Positions 58,230 to 64,000 of a DNA stretch of 64,000 nt are shown here, one piece after another. The position numbers and the translations under genes were made by a program. The notes beneath the pieces are model-generated. The model was not told the origin of the DNA and ran no database searches. It was given only the letters and a program-made list of their open reading frames with translations. Each line of letters begins with the position of its first letter. Positions within the stretch are counted from its first letter, which is position 1. The stretch is from Spirochaetota bacterium (GTDB lineage: Bacteria > Spirochaetota > UBA4802 > UBA5550): contig DAIOFM010000008.1 in assembly GCA_036745755.1 (NCBI GenBank), forward strand, positions 8,373-72,372, read 5' to 3'.

Positions 58230-59144
58230 ATGCTGAGTTTCCTTCCCGGTAAAATGAAGGGGGTTATCCTGATAATCCTGTTTGCAATAAATACTGTCTT
58301 CTGGGTAACCCTGCTTCTTATTGTTTCGTTGTTCAGAATAGCTGTACCGCTTAAATTCTGGTACAGGTTTACATCACAAATATCAATTACCATTGCTGAC
58401 AGCTGGATCACCTGTAATAATGCGGGACTGGCGTTAATGCATAAAATTGAATGGGACGTACAGAGTTCTGGTAAACTTGAAATGAACGAGTGGTATCTTG
58501 TTGTTTCAAACCATCAGTCGTGGGTGGATATTGTGATCCTCCAGAAAGTCCTGCTCGGGAAGATCCCTTTCCTGAAGTTTTTTTTGAAGAAAGAATTAAT
58601 CTGGGTCCCTGTACTTGGACCCGCATGGTGGAGCCTTGAGTTCCCCTTTATGAAGAGATACCCGAAGGAACTTCTTAAGAAAAAACCCCACCTTAAAGGT
58701 AAGGATATAGAGGCGACCCGTAAGGCCTGTGAGAAGTATAAAACAATGCCTGTATCAGTAATGAACTTCATGGAAGGGACAAGGTTTACCCCGGGAAAAC
58801 ATAGGGCACAGAAATCACCGTATATAAATCTTCTTAAACCCAGGGCCGGGGGCATATCACTTGTAATGAAAACCATGGGGGAGCAGTTAAATAAAATAGC
58901 GGATGTAACCATATATTATCCCGAAGGGCCCGGGTCATTCTGGGATCTCCTGTGCGGTAATATTACAAAGATCACTGTCCGTATCAATGTTATTCCTGTT
59001 ACAGATGAGATCAGGGGTGATTATGTAAATGACGAATTTTTTGTAAAAAAGTTCCAGGAGTGGCTTAACAGTTTCTGGAAAAGGAAGGATGATTTTATTG
59101 AGAATGAACTTAAGCCGGAAAGAAGTCAATCCCGCATAGCATGA
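58230..59144 (+). CDS. Lysophospholipid acyltransferase (PlsC/YihG-like)
   Basis: 304 aa. HX4D motif NHQSWVDIVIL, N-terminal TM helices. Confidence 0.7.
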   Translation: MLSFLPGKMKGVILIILFAINTVFWVTLLLIVSLFRIAVPLKFWYRFTSQISITIADSWITCNNAGLALMHKIEWDVQSSGKLEMNEWYLVVSNHQSWVDIVILQKVLLGKIPFLKFFLKKELIWVPVLGPAWWSLEFPFMKRYPKELLKKKPHLKGKDIEATRKACEKYKTMPVSVMNFMEGTRFTPGKHRAQKSPYINLLKPRAGGISLVMKTMGEQLNKIADVTIYYPEGPGSFWDLLCGNITKITVRINVIPVTDEIRGDYVNDEFFVKKFQEWLNSFWKRKDDFIENELKPERSQSRIA

Positions 59145-59248
59145 ACCTCGAAATGCAGTTTTCTGCAGTATTTTTTTAAAAAAGCGCGGAGATCAGGAAA
59201 AAACAGGTGACTTTGCCTGTTTATATGATTTAAATTTAATATAATATT

Positions 59249-59752
59249 ATGAGTATTAAGGAGTTTAAAGCTATGCTGGAAACCGGAAAATTCAAAGCAG
59301 TCTATATTATGGCGATACTCGCTGTTGCTGTTCCGCTTTTAATATCAGTTTCAGGCTGTAAAACAAAAGCTGTTAAAAACGGGGGACTGAAGCAGTGTGA
59401 TACCGATATTAAATCAAAATGTTCAGGGAAGTGTATAGACGGGACTGAACCAAGATACTATTTCGACAGCAGAAACCTCCAGTCTGTTATGGATGAGGTT
59501 GAAAAAAGAATCGCTTTCCTTAAAGCCCGTGGCCTTGGAGATCTTGATGATTATCCGGAGATAATGAATAACGAGAAGAAAAACTCGTCATTTGCCAAAT
59601 ATACACCTCCGGCATGTAACGGGTGTAAACCGACATTCATACTTCAGGGAAGAGAGGTGAAATGCGAGGAGTTTTACAGATACATTGAAACACTTAATGA
59701 GAGATGTGAAGGCTGCGTGGAAATAGTCCCTGACAAGCTGAAGAAGAATTAG
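59249..59752 (+). CDS. Hypothetical Cys-rich lipoprotein
   Basis: 167 aa. Lipobox VSGC. Eight Cys including two CxxC-like pairs. Confidence 0.35.
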   Translation: MSIKEFKAMLETGKFKAVYIMAILAVAVPLLISVSGCKTKAVKNGGLKQCDTDIKSKCSGKCIDGTEPRYYFDSRNLQSVMDEVEKRIAFLKARGLGDLDDYPEIMNNEKKNSSFAKYTPPACNGCKPTFILQGREVKCEEFYRYIETLNERCEGCVEIVPDKLKKN

Positions 59753-60900
59753 ATTTTTATAATATTCCGTATGCCCCGTATAATGAGATTTACAATGCTT
59801 CCATGCAGGTATATCGCGCCGTCGGGGCAGTATTCACTGCAGCAGTAGCAGCGGATACATTCATCATCCTTAATTTCGGGGAACCCGCTGTTCCCCTTTT
59901 TTATCGCGGATACGGCGCAGCCGTTTATGCAGTCACCGCATTTACTGCATTTTTTAAAATTTATACGCGGTTCAACAAACAGCTGATCGAACATATAATC
60001 ATCAATTTTTTTTAATATTCCTGCGGATGGGGATTTGTCAGGGAGCTTTATATATCTGACCTGGGGTATATCCCCCTTTACCGGTATCTCTTCAGGGACA
60101 ACAAACCCTCTTTTTATGCATTCCCTTACAGCCGGTACCCATTGCGGATCAAACCCCATTATCCTGCAGGCTGTTACGTCAAGGGCCGCCCCGTTTTCCG
60201 AGGTAAGTATCAGGCCTGTAAATTTAGGTCTGCCGTTTGCAGCAGGGCCGTCCACGTCAAGACCGTAGACTGCATCCATTATATTAAGGCCCGGATTCAC
60301 TGACTCATAAACATCGGCAAGAGGTATACCCCAGAATTCCTGGTAATCGGGCCGGTCCTGGAAGAGTTTATGATAGAGCTGTTTTGTCCCTCCGGGAATA
60401 CATCCGTAAGTGTTCTTTACTGCTCCGGTATACCTGGCAAGACGGTGTATCTTCATTTTCGGAATATTTACAACAAGGTCATGGCCGGAGAGGGCTTCTG
60501 TTATGTAAAACGGTTTGAGCTCTTTTCCTGTCTCTATCTTTTTCAGGCGGGTTGCTTCAAAGGGGAGGAGTTCAGCGCCGTATTTTTCCGCCACATCAGC
60601 TATCCCGCTTGTTATAAATCCCCTCCCTGTCCCTCCGCCCTGGTAGTATGACAGGGACTCGCCGATTGTTATGCGGCAGTCATGTTCCCTGAATATGCGG
60701 CATACTGCATCGACTACTTCAGGATGGGTTGTGGCACACTGTTCAGGCCTGTACTGCGCAAGTATGTTCGGTTTTAGCAGAACGGAGGAGCCGTCTTTTA
60801 TCCTGAAATTTATATCATCCAGTGAATTCTTTACTGCCCTGAATACATCTTCAGGATTGTATGAGCCGCATTTCTGTATAGACACTGTTGCCTCTTTCAT
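59749..60900 (-). CDS. DUF362 domain protein with C-terminal 2x[4Fe-4S] ferredoxin domain
   Basis: CSKCGDCINGC and CIRCYCCSEYCP clusters. Confidence 0.7.
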   Translation of the reverse strand: MKEATVSIQKCGSYNPEDVFRAVKNSLDDINFRIKDGSSVLLKPNILAQYRPEQCATTHPEVVDAVCRIFREHDCRITIGESLSYYQGGGTGRGFITSGIADVAEKYGAELLPFEATRLKKIETGKELKPFYITEALSGHDLVVNIPKMKIHRLARYTGAVKNTYGCIPGGTKQLYHKLFQDRPDYQEFWGIPLADVYESVNPGLNIMDAVYGLDVDGPAANGRPKFTGLILTSENGAALDVTACRIMGFDPQWVPAVRECIKRGFVVPEEIPVKGDIPQVRYIKLPDKSPSAGILKKIDDYMFDQLFVEPRINFKKCSKCGDCINGCAVSAIKKGNSGFPEIKDDECIRCYCCSEYCPDGAIYLHGSIVNLIIRGIRNIIKI

Positions 60901-60905
60901 TCCAT

Positions 60906-63332
60906 TTACACTCCTTCCCGCCCTGTATGATTTTGCGGGCCTGAAATATCCCCCTCTCTTCGCGGGAATGCCGCCCCTGCTGCTATGTAGAATAGTGCAG
61001 CAGTAATGAAAACGGCCCTGAATCCGTATGTTATTGCGAATATGGCAGCAGCGAGAATGCTGATTACCGAGAAGAATCCGTTTACTCCCCAGGCAAGGGG
61101 GAGGGAAGAGTTCTCATCCTTTTTTAAAACAGAGAGGCCCCTGGGGAAGGGGATGCCCATGAAAAATGCCAGTGGAGCGATAAGAGCTGTTACCATTAAT
61201 ATTTTAGCGCAGGCGGGGAGGAGTATGAAAAATGAAAAAAATCTGTCCAGGGTAAAGGTGTATAACAGGGTGATCGAAACTATTGCACCGATACATTTAT
61301 AAATGCCTCTTCGTGAAGTGAAAACCCTGTCTGAGAAGAGGCTCCCCATGCCGCTGAAAACAAGGAGAGAGGAGATTATCACGCTGAGGGAATAAACAGG
61401 GCTCCCCAGGAAAAGGATCATCTTCTGTATAAGCGGCATCTCTATGAAGAAGAATCCCGCTGCAATAAGGGAAAAGTATGGTATAATCTTTCCCCCTTTT
61501 ATCTTTTCTTTTTTCTTTATTTTAATCAGGGGGAACAGGATGGAGAGGAAACTGATAACTGTAACAGGTATCAGTATAATTGCCAGAAGCAGGTAGCCCC
61601 ATTCTGTAACCGGCACCTGTGTCGGGCCGTATCTGATAATGTACTTCATGAAAGCCGGCTTGAAGTAGTTGTAAAAATAGGGCCTGTTGTCCACCGGCGC
61701 TGATATGTCCAGGTCATATGAATCTATAAATTTATCTCTTCCATCTGAAAGGAGGGAGGTAAATGATCTGTAGAGGATACTCCGCCCCTGCCTGATGTTA
61801 ATGTCCGCTTCAGCGGAAGTCATGCCGGGATAATAGATTATATCGAAGAGCCTTTCAGCACAGAATTTTTTTGCAAACCTGATGTCAGCGGGGCTGAAGG
61901 GAGATTCGGATATCAGCAGCGTCATGGTCTGCACAGAGCGTATGGCCAGCATCCTCCTCCCCGGATCTGTCATCCCCATACTTCTCAAAGACTCAGCGGC
62001 TGTATTGAACATCTTCAGTGAATCTCTCGGAGGGGTCGTGATCCACCTTGTAACTGAAAGCAGGCCGCCGGGGGAGAGGCGGCCGTAAAAGTCACGAAAT
62101 GATTCCACTGTATAGAGGTAGCTTTCGTTCAGTGCGTAAACTCCCGATGCGGCTGAATTGAAGGCGTCAAGTACGGGGATATCGATCAGGTCATATTTGT
62201 ACGGGCTTCGTCTTGAGAAGCTCCTTCCTTCATCATTATACAGGGAGACTTTATTATCAAGATATATGTTTCCTGAAAATCGGGCCAGAGCTCCAGTCAT
62301 CACCGATATTACACTGCTGTTTACCTCCACCGCATCAATGGAACTGAACCCGGCAGACAGCGCCCTGAGTAGCGGTTCCCCTCCGCCCGCGCCTATGATG
62401 AGGGCCCTCCCTGCCGCGGTCTCTTTTTTCATGCAGTATGGAAGCCATGACGCTGTGTGCCTGATAAAATCTATCCACCCCGGGTCTCCGCTGAAGGGGG
62501 TCACCGGGGATGGGGAGTCACCGTCGAAGTAGAGAATTTTCTGTACCGGCACTTCAGAGGGGGATATAATGCTGAGGCCGGAGGTGGAACGGAGCCCCTC
62601 CGACTCAACGATCTGCAGTACTGAGAGTGGAGAATATGCTTCACCTGTTATCTTTGCTCCGGGAAGGTTCAGGGCGCCGGAGATCGGTTTGTACTCCGAT
62701 ACTCTTCTGAAACCGGGTGCGGATGAAATGAGCCCTGATAAAATTACTGCAGCTGCCACAGGGACTATGAGCAGCATCTGTTTTCTGCCCCTGTAAAAGC
62801 AGGCCAGTATAACAGCCGGCACAAGCGATATAAATATGACTGCTGACATTATACTGTAAGGGTGCAGGTAATATGAAAGTGCAAGGGGTACCGCTCCGCC
62901 GACACCGGAGCCCAGGAGATTAATGCCGTAAGCAAGGGAGGGAGGTTCCCTTAAAAATGATATACAGATAACCGCGGAGCCTGCCAGGAAGGGGAGGCCC
63001 ATAAGTGTAAAATATAGAAACATGTAGAATAACTGCACTGTGCTGAAGTTGATCCCGTAGGGATTTACAGGGAGCATGGCTGACAGGATAAAGCCCCCGG
63101 CCATGAACAGGGGGAAACAGAGGCTGATGGCGTACAGTGAGTGCCGGTAGTTTTTTTCTATTGTACCCTTGAGCAGGGTCACTGCAGTTCCCGCAGCGCC
63201 GGAACCGAGAAGCGCCATGGTGATGATAACAGGAGACAGGTTGTGCCATTGCGAGTATGAGAATACCCTTGTGAATATTATTTCGTAACCGAGAACAGCC
63301 GCTGAAGTGAAGAATACTACGCCGTAAACCAT
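60906..63332 (-). CDS. Membrane-fused spermidine/spermine synthase-like protein
   Basis: 808 aa. N- and C-terminal polytopic membrane segments around an aminopropyltransferase-like core (IIGAGGGEPLLRAL..IDAVEVN). Confidence 0.6.
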   Translation of the reverse strand: MVYGVVFFTSAAVLGYEIIFTRVFSYSQWHNLSPVIITMALLGSGAAGTAVTLLKGTIEKNYRHSLYAISLCFPLFMAGGFILSAMLPVNPYGINFSTVQLFYMFLYFTLMGLPFLAGSAVICISFLREPPSLAYGINLLGSGVGGAVPLALSYYLHPYSIMSAVIFISLVPAVILACFYRGRKQMLLIVPVAAAVILSGLISSAPGFRRVSEYKPISGALNLPGAKITGEAYSPLSVLQIVESEGLRSTSGLSIISPSEVPVQKILYFDGDSPSPVTPFSGDPGWIDFIRHTASWLPYCMKKETAAGRALIIGAGGGEPLLRALSAGFSSIDAVEVNSSVISVMTGALARFSGNIYLDNKVSLYNDEGRSFSRRSPYKYDLIDIPVLDAFNSAASGVYALNESYLYTVESFRDFYGRLSPGGLLSVTRWITTPPRDSLKMFNTAAESLRSMGMTDPGRRMLAIRSVQTMTLLISESPFSPADIRFAKKFCAERLFDIIYYPGMTSAEADINIRQGRSILYRSFTSLLSDGRDKFIDSYDLDISAPVDNRPYFYNYFKPAFMKYIIRYGPTQVPVTEWGYLLLAIILIPVTVISFLSILFPLIKIKKKEKIKGGKIIPYFSLIAAGFFFIEMPLIQKMILFLGSPVYSLSVIISSLLVFSGMGSLFSDRVFTSRRGIYKCIGAIVSITLLYTFTLDRFFSFFILLPACAKILMVTALIAPLAFFMGIPFPRGLSVLKKDENSSLPLAWGVNGFFSVISILAAAIFAITYGFRAVFITAALFYIAAGAAFPRREGDISGPQNHTGREGV

Positions 63333-63347
63333 GCCTGCCGCCGGTGA

Positions 63348-63959
63348 TCAGCTTTTAGAGCGGACAAGGGGCACGAAGCGTACCTCTGTAATCATCTCAA
63401 CACTTACCCTGCCTGCTTCTGATTTTCTTATAAGGAGGAGGTGTTGTACCTTGAACGGGGGCCCCACAGGGATGCACATCCTCCCCCCTTTTTTAAGCTG
63501 GCTGACCAGATCAGGAGGTATGAACTCGGAGGCGCATGTTACTATGATCGCGTCATACGGGGCGTGCTCCCGCCATCCGTAATATCCGTCACCATGCCTT
63601 GTCTTTACGCCGTGGTACCCGGCACTTCCCAGGTTCCTGGCGGCCTGTTCGTGGAGCCCTTTTACTATCTCCACTGAGTAGACTTTCCCCGCGATCCGCG
63701 AAAGGACGGCAGCCTGGTAGCCTGAACCTGTTCCTACCTCCAGCACCTTTGAACTCCTGTCTATATCTATCAGTTCTGTCATCAGAGCTACTATATAGGG
63801 CTGGGAAATTGTCTGTCCGTAACTTATGGGGAGCGGTGTGTCCGCGTAGGCGGCCTCCCTGTATTCATCAGGCACAAAGATGTGGCGGGGTACTTCCCTC
63901 ATGGCATCAAGGACTTTTTTCTCTTCTATACCCCTGAGTTCAATCTGATATGAAACCAT
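63348..63959 (-). CDS. pcm: Protein-L-isoaspartate O-methyltransferase
   Basis: 203 aa. SAM motif VLEVGTGSGYQAAVL. Confidence 0.85.
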   Translation of the reverse strand: MVSYQIELRGIEEKKVLDAMREVPRHIFVPDEYREAAYADTPLPISYGQTISQPYIVALMTELIDIDRSSKVLEVGTGSGYQAAVLSRIAGKVYSVEIVKGLHEQAARNLGSAGYHGVKTRHGDGYYGWREHAPYDAIIVTCASEFIPPDLVSQLKKGGRMCIPVGPPFKVQHLLLIRKSEAGRVSVEMITEVRFVPLVRSKS

Positions 63960-64000
63960 CTCATTTCTTAGAGGAGTGTATCTGTCCTGTGTTTTATCTC

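Overview
This 64-kb window comes from a Gram-negative-type, flagellated bacterium. An outer-membrane factor (TolC-like), a beta-barrel outer-membrane protein and lipoproteins are present. GC content is moderate to low, and TTG/GTG starts are common. One caveat: my reading of long homopolymer runs may be off by ±1, so ORF-track coordinates were used wherever possible.

- **1–11 kb, housekeeping:** lon, tRNA-Leu(GAG), ndk, tRNA-Ser(GGA), dnaX-ybaB-recR, der, a histone-H1-like K/A-rich protein, a PilZ-like protein, and tsaB-tsaE.
- **11–30 kb, flagellar export/chemotaxis super-operon:** a TetR regulator, then a Maf-like (DUF115) gene translationally coupled to flbD, followed by fliL, a FliY-type switch protein, fliO/Z, fliP, fliQ, fliR, flhB, flhA, flhF, flhG, a hypothetical gene, fliA (sigma-28) and a FapA/DUF342 protein. 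Two unknown genes follow, then cheR and cheD.
- **30–35 kb:** a block in Bacillus-like order, yicC-remA(DUF370)-gmk-rpoZ-miaA-hfq. The miaA N-terminus has no canonical start codon. Downstream are a putative SPFH-like membrane protein, an unannotated 29-aa extremely basic peptide gene and cheW.
- **35–48 kb:** an Fe-alcohol dehydrogenase, then flgM with a textbook sigma-28 promoter. Next to it is a beta-barrel outer-membrane protein gene with its own sigma-28-like promoter. The block continues with argJ, a STAS protein, an NlpC/P60 peptidase, a DsbC-like protein, coaD, rny-ymdB, hslO, a LOG-family protein and a terminator-ended candidate sRNA.
- **48–64 kb:** a TetR-TolC-HlyD-ABC-ABC2-ABC2-ABC efflux cluster, a MATE pump, a Mut7-C RNase, an acyltransferase, a DUF362 Fe-S protein, a membrane-fused spermidine-synthase-like protein and pcm.

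No transposase, integrase or CRISPR was seen.

The most notable unexplained signals are:
- a duplicated ~150-bp CAGAT/ATCTG-rich element flanking tRNA-Leu;
- sigma-28 promoters implicating an outer-membrane protein and a PilZ protein in the flagellar regulon;
- the tiny basic-peptide gene;
- the miaA start anomaly;
- two structured non-coding regions, at 28.3–28.7 kb and 47.8–48.0 kb.
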